Source: Clostridia bacterium
Lineage (GTDB): Bacteria; Bacillota; Clostridia; Oscillospirales; CAG-272
Length of the DNA: 64,000 nt
Assembly (NCBI GenBank): GCA_017935065.1
Contig: JAGBIF010000010.1
Span: 8,082 to 72,081, forward strand
Direction: 5' to 3'
Below the pieces are notes generated by a model. That model was not told where the DNA came from. It worked only from the letters and a program-made list of their open reading frames with translations, and ran no database searches. The stretch's first letter is position 1. Every line of letters begins with the position of its first letter. The translations under genes and the position numbers were made by a program. Below, in pieces: positions 8,977 through 17,516 of the stretch.

Positions 8977-10860
8977 ATGAAGGATGGATTTTTGAAGGTC
9001 TGCACCGCATCGCCGACGGTTACTCTCGGGGATATCGGGGCAACGCTTAAGGAATGCGTATCTCTTGCGAATGAGGCGACGCTCGGCGGAGGCGGAGTAA
9101 TTCTTTTTCCTCAGCTGACCTTAACCTCAGCGACGCTCGGCGATCTTTATTTTCAGAGTGTCATTACCGACGCGGCTATGCGCGCGCTCGGTGAGTATGC
9201 CGACCTGACGAGAGAGCTTGATATTATAAGCGTAATAGGGCTTCCCGTAAGACGCGCGGGAAATTTATACAGCTGTATGGCGGTGGTATCCTCGGGCAGG
9301 GTGCTGGCGCTTATTCCCAAGCGTATTTCTGACGGCGTATTCTCATCGGGCGTCGGTGTCAGCGACAGTATAACCGCGCTCGGCTATGAGATACCCTTCG
9401 GCTGTGACCTTCTTATTGACCTCGCCTATCCCGAGGGCGCATCTCTTACGGTTGCGTTTGCCGACGAGGTGCTTTCCTGCGAGTCAACGCTCGCGGATGC
9501 GGTAAAGGCGGGTGTCGGGCTTGTTCTTTGCCCCGATGCTTCCCCTGTAAGCTGTCTTGGAAGCGCGCCCCGCGCACAGCTTCTTCTTGCGGAGAGCCGC
9601 CGACTTTCGATAGCACTTGCCTATTCCTGCACATCGCTCGGTGAGAGCGGTACAGACGCGCTTTATTCGGGTGACAGGCTCATATGCGAGTGCGGTGAGA
9701 GGCTTTGCGGGGGGGATGCGCTCTCGGGCGTTAAGCTCTCGTCCTCCGAGGTCGATTTTGAGATTATATACGGAAAAAGGCCTCGCTCGGTGACACCGCC
9801 ACGCATAAGCTACACCCGCATCGGTGTGAACAACCGCAAGCAAGATGTGGTGCTTACAAGAAAATATCCTAAGCTTCCCTATGTGGGCGAGGGGGATACC
9901 GAGGCGCTCCTTCGCACGGTAAAAATACAGGCGAACGCCCTTGCAGGGAGAGTTCAGCGCTCACACTCAAGGACTATGGTAATAGGCATCTCGGGCGGAC
10001 TTGATTCCACCCTTGCGCTCATTGCCGCGGTTGAGGCGTGCGATGTGCTTGGCATATCCCGCGACAGTGTGATAGCGCTTACTATGCCCTGCTTCGGAAC
10101 CAGCAAAAAGACACGCGGAAATGCCGAGCTTCTCTGTGAGGCACTCGGTGTTACGCTTAAGACGGTGGATATAAGAAATGCCGTCCTTGGGCATCTGTCG
10201 GACATAGGTCACGACACCGTGACACCCGACGCTACCTTTGAGAATGCGCAGGCAAGAGAGCGCACGCAGATTTTAATGGATACGGCAAATATGTGCGGCG
10301 GTATCGTGGTCGGTACGGGTGACCTTTCCGAGCTTGCCCTCGGCTTCTGCACCTATAACGGTGACCATATGTCGATGTATTCGGTAAACGCAAGCCTTCC
10401 CAAGACGCTTATGCGCAGGATAGTAGGCGAGTACGCAGAGAGAATAAAGTCGGTGAACGAGCCTGCATACCGCGTGCTTACCGATATTCTCGAAACACCC
10501 ATAAGCCCCGAGCTTCTTCCGCCCGATAAGGCGGGGGATATCGCGCAATGCACCGAGGATATCGTAGGCCCCTACGCCCTTCACGATTTCTTTATCTATT
10601 ACTTCATAAAATACGGCTTTTCGCCAAGAAAGCTTCTTCGTATTGCAAGGGATAGCTTTGCCGATGAATATACCGAGGATGAAATAAAGAGAACGCTTAT
10701 AGTATTCGTAAGGCGCTTCTTCTCATCTCAGTTCAAGCGCTCCTGCGCTCCCGACGGCCCCGCCGTTACCGAGATATCCTTCTCACCAAGGGCTGGCGCG
10801 GGATTCTCAATGCCCTCGGATGCGCTTTGCGCTGAGTGGCTTCGCGAGCTTGAGGATTAG
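8977..10860 (+). CDS. nadE: glutamine-dependent NAD+ synthetase (CN-hydrolase domain plus NAD synthetase domain)
   Basis: 627 aa. The C-terminal half carries the PP-loop VIGISGGLDSTLAL. The N-terminal ~270 aa is nitrilase-like. Confidence 0.9.
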   Translation: MKDGFLKVCTASPTVTLGDIGATLKECVSLANEATLGGGGVILFPQLTLTSATLGDLYFQSVITDAAMRALGEYADLTRELDIISVIGLPVRRAGNLYSCMAVVSSGRVLALIPKRISDGVFSSGVGVSDSITALGYEIPFGCDLLIDLAYPEGASLTVAFADEVLSCESTLADAVKAGVGLVLCPDASPVSCLGSAPRAQLLLAESRRLSIALAYSCTSLGESGTDALYSGDRLICECGERLCGGDALSGVKLSSSEVDFEIIYGKRPRSVTPPRISYTRIGVNNRKQDVVLTRKYPKLPYVGEGDTEALLRTVKIQANALAGRVQRSHSRTMVIGISGGLDSTLALIAAVEACDVLGISRDSVIALTMPCFGTSKKTRGNAELLCEALGVTLKTVDIRNAVLGHLSDIGHDTVTPDATFENAQARERTQILMDTANMCGGIVVGTGDLSELALGFCTYNGDHMSMYSVNASLPKTLMRRIVGEYAERIKSVNEPAYRVLTDILETPISPELLPPDKAGDIAQCTEDIVGPYALHDFFIYYFIKYGFSPRKLLRIARDSFADEYTEDEIKRTLIVFVRRFFSSQFKRSCAPDGPAVTEISFSPRAGAGFSMPSDALCAEWLRELED

Positions 10861-10897
10861 ACCTAAATGTAAAGTGTAATTGTCAAATGGAGATGAA

Positions 10898-11527
10898 ATG
10901 ACAGATATATTTGATTTGTTTAAGAAAATTGAGAGCGCTCCCGCAAGAGCCGCAGGCCCTGTAACTCATCTTATCGTGGGGCTTGGAAATATAGGCGCGC
11001 AGTATGAAAAGACCCGCCACAACGCGGGCTTTATGGCGCTTGACCTGCTTGCCGAAAGGTACGGTGCCAGAGTAAACAACGCGAGATTTCACGCGCTTGT
11101 AGGCGAGGCTACCGTAGGCACTCACCGCGTACTCTTTATGAAGCCCACGACCTTTATGAATAACTCGGGGCTCGCGGTAGGCGAGGCGGCGGCCTTCTAT
11201 AAGATACCGCCCGAAAATATCATAGTTCTTGTTGACGAGATAAGCTTTGACCCAGGCTTTATGCGTATTCGCAGAAAGGGCTCGGCGGGCGGTCACAACG
11301 GACTTAAAAGCATTATAGCGGCTATCTCATCCGAGCAATTTCCGAGGATCAAGCTCGGCATCGGCCAAAAGCCCACCCCCGAGTATGACCTTGCCGATTT
11401 CGTGCTTTCAAGAATGCCCGATGAGGATATAGCGAGGCTTAGCTCGCTCTCCGATGCGGTTGCCGATTCGGTGGCGCTTATGCTTGACGGAAAAATAGAC
11501 GATGCAATGTCGAGGTATTCAAGGTAA
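10898..11527 (+). CDS. pth: peptidyl-tRNA hydrolase
   Basis: LIVGLGNIGAQYEKTRHNAGF and GGHNGLKSI motifs. ATG 10898 follows a GGAGA RBS; the track ORF starts at TTG 10880. Confidence 0.9.
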   Translation: MTDIFDLFKKIESAPARAAGPVTHLIVGLGNIGAQYEKTRHNAGFMALDLLAERYGARVNNARFHALVGEATVGTHRVLFMKPTTFMNNSGLAVGEAAAFYKIPPENIIVLVDEISFDPGFMRIRRKGSAGGHNGLKSIIAAISSEQFPRIKLGIGQKPTPEYDLADFVLSRMPDEDIARLSSLSDAVADSVALMLDGKIDDAMSRYSR

Positions 11528-11564
11528 TTCCTTCACACTTCATACGATAATTGAATGAGGCTAT

Positions 11565-14500
11565 ATGAACTCGATTTTAACTCTCATCAGGCAGGACAGG
11601 GAATATTATCCGTCCGTCGACTGCCTTATGTCCCAAATCAGCAAGGACGCGCCGCTTCCCGTATATATCACGGGACTTACCGACGGTTCTGCCTATCACT
11701 ATGTAGCGTCCCTGATAGACGATCTTACCTCTCGCGGTATAACGAAGCATCTTATTTTAGCATCGACCGACACAGAATGCGCTACGGTCTGCAATATGCT
11801 GAGGGCACAGGGCATACCCGCTATGCACTTTAAGCCCAGGGACTATGTCTTTTACAATATTTCTGCCTCTCACGACGGCGAGCGTGAGAGGCTTTCGGTG
11901 CTTTCGGCAATACTTTCCGAGGACACACTCACGGTTGTAGCCACCCCCGCGGCCGCGGCAAGCTTTACCGTCCCGAGGGAGGTGCTGGGGGCTCTTATCA
12001 GAACCTACCGTGTCGGTGATGAGGTCAGTCCCGAGACGCTTGCCGACAGCTTCACGGCGCTCGGATACGCAAAGGTCGGCGTGGTTGAGTCGGCGGGGCA
12101 GTTTGCCAGACGTGGCGGAATTTTTGACTTCTTTTCGTCGGGTGACGAGTATCCTGTAAGGGTTGAGTTCTTCGGTGACGAGATAGACCGTATAGCGGCA
12201 TTTGACCCGATAACGCAGAGGACGGTAGCACCGCTTGATTGCTTCGGCACATCCCCTGCCGTCGAGGTTATGCTTGACACCGCCGCCACTGAGCGTGTGC
12301 TTGGTGTAATCGACCGCCTTATCTCGTCCGCGAAAAACGAAACCATGATAGCAAGCCTTATGAGCGAGAAGCAGGCGCTTCTTTCGGGCGGTACCCTGCT
12401 TTGTAGGGATAAGTATCTCGGTTATATTTACCAAAGCAGAGAAACTCTGCTTGATTATATGAGGGGTGCTGCCGCCGTCGTTATAGGAACCGCCGAGGGT
12501 GAGGAAAGCCTCAGGCGCAAGCGAGACGAGCTGTCCGAGCAGTTTGGGATGCTCTTTTCAAGAGGCCTCGTTCCCTCTGAGGCTAACCCGCTTCTTATGT
12601 CGGGCGGCGAGTATTCAGGCTCTCTTGACGGCTATCCCACCGTTCATATTAATCCCTTTGCCGCGGGGTCGGGCAGACAGCTTGCGGGGCTTTTCGGCTT
12701 CCGCACGAAGCGCACCGTAGGCTATGGCGACAATAACTATTCGCTTCTTTTTGAGGATGTTCTCACCTATCGCAAGGCGGGCTATAAAATCATAATAGCC
12801 GCCCCGACCAGACAGGGCGCTCTCTCGCTTAAGGAGCAGCTTGAGGGCGACGGTGTTAATATCACCTTTACCGAGGGCGAGCTTGATATAGGTAAAATCG
12901 TCGCGGGGGATATCTATCTTACCGTGGCAGAGAGCTTTGGCTTTGACCTCGTCGGCCCTAAAATAGCGCTGATATCCACCGAGCGCGACAGCGGTGCGGC
13001 AATAATGTCCGAGCGCCGCGCAAGGCGTATTCTTCGGCGCACGGGCGGAAGCAGCGCCAGGCTTATGAGCCATAACGACCTCTCGGTTGGCGATTACGTA
13101 GTTCACGCAAATTACGGAATAGGCCTCTTTGAGGGCATACAGTCGGTAAGAGTTGAGGGCGTGCTTAGGGACTATATCACCATCCGCTACGCGGGCACGG
13201 ATAAGCTTTTCGTTCCCTGTGACAGGCTTGAGATGATTAGCAAATATATAGGCGCAAGAGAGCGCGACGGCTCGGTAAAGCTATCCAAGATGGGGGGTGC
13301 CGACTGGCACAGAGCCAAGAGCCGCGCGAAGGCGGCGGCGCAGGACGTCGCGAAAAAGCTTCTCACTCTCTACGCGCAGCGCACAAGCACGGATGGCTTT
13401 GCCTTCCCCGATGCGTGCGAGCTTGAGGACGAGTTTGACGCGGCGTTTGAATACGAGCTTACCGACTCGCAGGCGGAGGCGGTAAGAGATATCAAGAGCG
13501 ATATGATGAAGCCAACGCCGATGAACCGACTTCTTTTGGGGGACGTCGGCTTCGGAAAGACCGAGGTAGCCCTTCGCGCGGCATTCAAGGCAATTCTCGG
13601 CGGCAAGCAGGTCGCAATGCTCGTTCCTACCACAATTCTTGCGCTTCAGCATTATCAGACCGCCCTTGCCAGAATGCGCGGGTATCCCGTCAAGGTTGAG
13701 ATGCTCTCGCGCTTTCGCTCGGGCAGAGAGCAGACGAGAATACTGAATGACCTTGCAAGAGGAAAAATAGACCTGCTTATCGGCACCCACAAGCTTCTTT
13801 CAAAAAAGATAGAGTTCAAGCGCCTCGGGCTTCTCATAGTCGACGAGGAGCAGCGCTTCGGTGTTATACAAAAGGAAAGACTTAAGGAAATGTCGGTCGG
13901 TGTCGACGTGCTGACGCTGTCGGCAACCCCCATACCGCGAACGCTCAATATGGCGATGAACGGAATTGCCGATATGTCAATTCTTGACGAGGCGCCGAGT
14001 GACAGAAGACCCGTGCAGACCTACGTAATGGAGCATGACGATGCAGTTATATTCGATGCGATAAGGCGTGAGCTCTACCGCGGCGGACAGGTGCTGTATC
14101 TTTACAATAACATTGATACTATAATCTTCGCTATGGACAGAATAGTGCGCGAGATACCCGAGGCGCGTGTCGCCATAGCGCACGGACAGATGTCTCACGA
14201 GGAAATAGAGGATATCTGGCAGATGCTCGTAAGATGCGAGATAGACGTGCTCGTATGCACTACGATAATCGAGACGGGCGTGGACCTTCCGAACGCCAAT
14301 ACTCTCATTATCGAGAATGCCGACCGAATGGGACTTTCCCAGCTTCACCAGATAAGGGGAAGAGTGGGAAGAAGCGAGAGGCAGGCATACGCCTACTTCA
14401 CCTACCGTCCTGGCAAGGCGCTTACCGAGGTCGCGACGAAGCGTCTTGCGGCAATAAGAGAATATGCCGAGTTTGGCGCGGGCTTCAAGGTTGCGGTGCG

Positions 14501-15080
14501 CGACCTTGAGATAAGAGGTGCTGGAAATCTTCTCGGCAAGGAGCAGCACGGCAACATTGACGGTGTCGGCTATGACCTTTACGTAAGGCTTCTTGCGGAG
14601 GCGGTAGCCGAGGTGAAGGGTACACCCAAGGAGGCGCGCACCGAGTCGCAGGTGGATATAAAGGCAGAGGCATATATACCCGAAAAATATATAGCGAGCC
14701 AGGCACACAGAATGGAAATGTATAAGAGGATATCCGATATTGCGGTGCCCGCGGATAAGCTTGACGTAAGGGATGAGCTTATTGACCGCTTCGGTGAGCC
14801 ACCGAGGTGCGTTGAGACGCTTCTTTCGGTGGCGCTATGCAGGGCGCTTCTTGAGGATGCGAAAATAGACAGGGCGCGCCTTGCGTCAGGATATATCAGG
14901 TTCTGTTGCGCCAAAGCCGACCTTGACGTGTGGTCGGAGCTGTTCTTAAAGTACGGCTCAAGGCTTCGCGGTGTATCGGGCGACGCCCCCGTTGTCTACA
15001 GGCTTTCGGGCGGTGAGGATCCGATAGAGGCGCTTGAGAATATTATGTGCGATTATTATAAGGCAAAGCACGGCTGTTAA
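11565..15080 (+). CDS. mfd: transcription-repair coupling factor
   Basis: 1171 aa. It has a UvrB-like N-terminus, the CarD/RID segment VGDYVVHANYGIG, superfamily-2 helicase motifs GDVGFGKTEVA, DEEQRFG and QLHQIRGRVGR, and a TRG-type C-terminus. It follows pth, the classical arrangement. Confidence 0.95.
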   Translation: MNSILTLIRQDREYYPSVDCLMSQISKDAPLPVYITGLTDGSAYHYVASLIDDLTSRGITKHLILASTDTECATVCNMLRAQGIPAMHFKPRDYVFYNISASHDGERERLSVLSAILSEDTLTVVATPAAAASFTVPREVLGALIRTYRVGDEVSPETLADSFTALGYAKVGVVESAGQFARRGGIFDFFSSGDEYPVRVEFFGDEIDRIAAFDPITQRTVAPLDCFGTSPAVEVMLDTAATERVLGVIDRLISSAKNETMIASLMSEKQALLSGGTLLCRDKYLGYIYQSRETLLDYMRGAAAVVIGTAEGEESLRRKRDELSEQFGMLFSRGLVPSEANPLLMSGGEYSGSLDGYPTVHINPFAAGSGRQLAGLFGFRTKRTVGYGDNNYSLLFEDVLTYRKAGYKIIIAAPTRQGALSLKEQLEGDGVNITFTEGELDIGKIVAGDIYLTVAESFGFDLVGPKIALISTERDSGAAIMSERRARRILRRTGGSSARLMSHNDLSVGDYVVHANYGIGLFEGIQSVRVEGVLRDYITIRYAGTDKLFVPCDRLEMISKYIGARERDGSVKLSKMGGADWHRAKSRAKAAAQDVAKKLLTLYAQRTSTDGFAFPDACELEDEFDAAFEYELTDSQAEAVRDIKSDMMKPTPMNRLLLGDVGFGKTEVALRAAFKAILGGKQVAMLVPTTILALQHYQTALARMRGYPVKVEMLSRFRSGREQTRILNDLARGKIDLLIGTHKLLSKKIEFKRLGLLIVDEEQRFGVIQKERLKEMSVGVDVLTLSATPIPRTLNMAMNGIADMSILDEAPSDRRPVQTYVMEHDDAVIFDAIRRELYRGGQVLYLYNNIDTIIFAMDRIVREIPEARVAIAHGQMSHEEIEDIWQMLVRCEIDVLVCTTIIETGVDLPNANTLIIENADRMGLSQLHQIRGRVGRSERQAYAYFTYRPGKALTEVATKRLAAIREYAEFGAGFKVAVRDLEIRGAGNLLGKEQHGNIDGVGYDLYVRLLAEAVAEVKGTPKEARTESQVDIKAEAYIPEKYIASQAHRMEMYKRISDIAVPADKLDVRDELIDRFGEPPRCVETLLSVALCRALLEDAKIDRARLASGYIRFCCAKADLDVWSELFLKYGSRLRGVSGDAPVVYRLSGGEDPIEALENIMCDYYKAKHGC

Positions 15081-15103
15081 GCTGAGGCGGAATAGAGGAA
15101 TTT

Positions 15104-16333
15104 ATGAAAAGAATAAAGGTAATGCCTAAAAAGGCAAAAAGAGATACTGCAGCGCTTACAAAGCGCGTACTGTTAATAAGTGTTTGCATTTTGCTGGGAT
15201 TGGTTATGATCCTGGGTGCCACTCTCGGCATTGTAAGCGGTGTCAGGCGCGCAAGAGCGCTCGTCTATTTTGACGGAATAGATATAAGCGAGGGCGAGGC
15301 AAGATACCTCGTCAGCTACTACAAGGCGCAGTATATGGCAAATCTTTCGCGGGGCGGTGTTTCGGTAAGCGATACCCCCGAGTTCTGGTCAAGCAAGGTC
15401 CTTGGAGATAGCACCTATCTTGACTACCTCAGAATAAGCACCGAGTCATATTTAAGACAGCTTACTGTCGCGAATAAGATATTTGATAAGAACACCTCAC
15501 TCACGGGCAAGGACAGGGATAACCTGAAAATAGCTACCGAGGAAATTCTCTCATACCGCGCGCAGGGCTCAAGGTCGACCTTCGGTGAGCTTTGCAAGAA
15601 ATACGGCTTTGATTATTCCGACTTCGTCTCTGCCACCGAGAAGATATACAAGGGCTGGTCGGCAAAGACTAAAATCTTCGGTGATAAGGGCGAGAATATG
15701 TCGCTGTTCCCCGATTACTGTGAGGAGTTCCTTGAATATTACACTCACGTTGACCTTCTCTTTATCAGGACCGAGGAGGTATTCGTCTACGATGAGTCGG
15801 GCAACCGCGTAGTGGATGATGACGGCAGCTATAAAACCCGACCTCTCACAGCCGAGGAGGTGGCAGAGCGTGAGGTGCGCCTTGAGGCCGCGCGCCGCGC
15901 GATAAACGGTATCAACGCGGGCTCGGTAACACCCGAGAGATTTTACGAGCTTCTCGCGCAGTACGGCGAGGGCGATAAGTCAATGGACGAGAGTGGCTAC
16001 TACTTCCACCGCGAGAGCGAGTACACGAAGGAATTCTCCGAGGTCTTTGACGAGATAGTGCTTGCCTCATACGAGCTTGAGGAGGGAATGTGTTGTGAGA
16101 TTGAGTGCGACATCGGCAGATGCTTCATAAGGCGAGTGCCCGTCACCGACGGCGCGTACCTTAAGACAGGCGCTGTCAAGGATTGCTTCTCGGACTTCTA
16201 TTCGCTCACTTCAGACCTCGTCTATCAAAGGCTTATCGACGAGGACACCAAGCTGGTAGAGCTTCGCGACATCTGGTCAGTAATCGACCTTCAGGCGATA
16301 CCCTACAATACCGATTTTGTAGCAAGACTTTAA
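15104..16333 (+). CDS. membrane-anchored hypothetical protein (possibly a PrsA/SurA-like foldase; rotamase motifs not evident)
   Basis: N-terminal anchor LLISVCILLGLVMILGATLGIV. In Clostridia the position after mfd is typically occupied by a PrsA-like protein. The functional call is weak. Confidence 0.45.
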   Translation: MKRIKVMPKKAKRDTAALTKRVLLISVCILLGLVMILGATLGIVSGVRRARALVYFDGIDISEGEARYLVSYYKAQYMANLSRGGVSVSDTPEFWSSKVLGDSTYLDYLRISTESYLRQLTVANKIFDKNTSLTGKDRDNLKIATEEILSYRAQGSRSTFGELCKKYGFDYSDFVSATEKIYKGWSAKTKIFGDKGENMSLFPDYCEEFLEYYTHVDLLFIRTEEVFVYDESGNRVVDDDGSYKTRPLTAEEVAEREVRLEAARRAINGINAGSVTPERFYELLAQYGEGDKSMDESGYYFHRESEYTKEFSEVFDEIVLASYELEEGMCCEIECDIGRCFIRRVPVTDGAYLKTGAVKDCFSDFYSLTSDLVYQRLIDEDTKLVELRDIWSVIDLQAIPYNTDFVARL

Positions 16334-16336
16334 TAG

Positions 16337-16371
16337 TTAGCGTGAATACTCCGTTAAGAGTATCACGCTAA
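16337..16371 (+). terminator. strong hairpin immediately after the 15104..16333 gene
   Basis: ttagcgtgaatactc-cgttaa-gagtatcacgctaa forms a 14-bp stem with one bulge. There is no U-tract. Confidence 0.5.
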
Positions 16372-16372
16372 A

Positions 16373-16554
16373 CGATGTTTGCCCCTAGGGCAAGTGATGT
16401 TGACTTCGTCAGTGATGTTCACTTCGTGAATGATGTTGTGCCTTCGGCACAGTGGGCAAACATCACATCATTGCGAGCCTATATTTGCGTAGCAAATGGC
16501 GAGCAACATCATTATGCGTAGCATAACATCACTTTTGCGTCAGCAAAAACATCA
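16373..16554. repeat. array of short motifs (4x GATGTT, then 4x AACATC in inverted orientation) interleaved with mini-hairpins
   Basis: GATGTT occurs at 16374, 16396, 16414 and 16432. AACATC occurs at 16459, 16505, 16525 and 16548, with one more at 16699. Mini-hairpins are tgccc-cta-gggca, gac-ttc-gtc, cac-ttc-gtg, gtgcc-ttc-ggcac, atttgc-gta-gcaaat, atgc-gta-gcat and ttttgc-gtca-gcaaaa. Confidence 0.8.
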
Positions 16555-16558
16555 CTAA

Positions 16559-16607
16559 CAGAAAGAGAGGACATTTCGGTGATAAACCGTTTTGTTCTCT
16601 CTTTCTG
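16559..16607. other. 11-bp-stem hairpin (possible distal terminator of the SLOG gene)
   Basis: cagaaagagag (16559-16569) pairs perfectly with ctctctttctg (16597-16607), with a 27-nt loop. Confidence 0.35.
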
Positions 16608-16730
16608 CTTGTATAAGGGTTTGGGTTTAGCCCATTCTGTATTTGTCCAGACAAATGCGATGCTCGCACTTAGTATAGTTTTCAAATTCTCCGCTAAGAA
16701 CATCACCCCTCGCGGAAAGACCTTTTATTA

Positions 16731-17066
16731 TTAACAATTCACCTTTATCAGAATTACTCTTTTTCCTGCCTTTTTTGCGTAATCCAGAGTATATTTCGTG
16801 CCCCTTGAATAGCCGTCCCAGATAATAAGCGCCACGTCGCACAGCTCGACCATCTGCTCGTTTCGTTTGAGTGGTGCGAGCCTTCCGTATCTGTTGTATT
16901 TCGGGCGCAGTATAAGCTTTGACAGCTTCCTTCTATCGGCATACAATTCCGCAAGGGTGTCTATTCCGCTAGCCCCACCTGATATTATAAGCTCTGTTTC
17001 TTCAGGAACATACTCATCGAGGTTGAACTCGGTTATACCCCGTGAGCCTGCAATAAGCAATCTCAT
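16731..17066 (-). CDS. SLOG-superfamily protein, DUF2493/YspA-like (copy 1)
   Basis: 111 aa. The pattern LLIAGSRGIT...IISGGASGIDTLAE...YGRLAPLKRNEQMV...LIIWDGYSRGTKY matches what I recall for the DUF2493/YspA branch of the SMF/DprA-LOG fold. GAGGA RBS. AT-richer than its neighbours by eye. Confidence 0.7.
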   Translation of the reverse strand: MRLLIAGSRGITEFNLDEYVPEETELIISGGASGIDTLAELYADRRKLSKLILRPKYNRYGRLAPLKRNEQMVELCDVALIIWDGYSRGTKYTLDYAKKAGKRVILIKVNC

Positions 17067-17195
17067 TTCTTTATATCCTCATAGTAGATATTATAAAATA
17101 CCTAATGTTTACTATATAATACCATATAACAATTAAAAAGTAAATAGGGTAAAATATTTTTGTCAGGTTATAATGACAAAAGTGAGGATCGATTA

Positions 17196-17432
17196 ATGAT
17201 AGATAGCCAGTATAAAATGAATTTAATCAAGATAGGCTTGAAGATATCCTATTACAGAAAGCTTCAGGGTATGACTCAGGAGGAGCTTGCGGAGGCTTGC
17301 GAGCTTTCTTGTGGCTATGTGTCACAGCTTGAGGCGCCAAACTGCTTTTTCTGTCCGTCACTCAAGACACTTTTTAAAATTGCCGAGGCGCTTGGAACGA
17401 CGGTATCAAAGCTTACCGATATAGAAGATTAA
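17196..17432 (+). CDS. XRE-family helix-turn-helix regulator (divergent partner of SLOG copy 1)
   Basis: LKISYYRKLQGMTQEELAEACELSCGYVSQLE is a classical HTH_3 signature. ATG 17196 follows a GAGGA RBS; the track ORF starts at TTG 17160. Confidence 0.75.
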   Translation: MIDSQYKMNLIKIGLKISYYRKLQGMTQEELAEACELSCGYVSQLEAPNCFFCPSLKTLFKIAEALGTTVSKLTDIED

Positions 17433-17456
17433 TAGATCCGCTTCTATGGCTATATA

Positions 17457-17489
17457 AAAGAGACAGTATGCTTGCATACCGTCTCTTTT
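17457..17489. terminator. bidirectional terminator between the XRE gene and the MFS gene
   Basis: aaaagagacagtatgc / gcataccgtctctttt forms the stem with one mismatch, flanked by A- and T-runs. Confidence 0.7.
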
Positions 17490-17516
17490 GCTTTTATTAA
17501 TTAGTTCATTGAAAAT

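Noticed and set aside
16373-16554. Possible CRISPR array
   Set aside because: The repeat units are only 6-8 nt. The intervening segments are themselves hairpins of unequal length, the second half is in inverted orientation, and there are no cas genes in the window.
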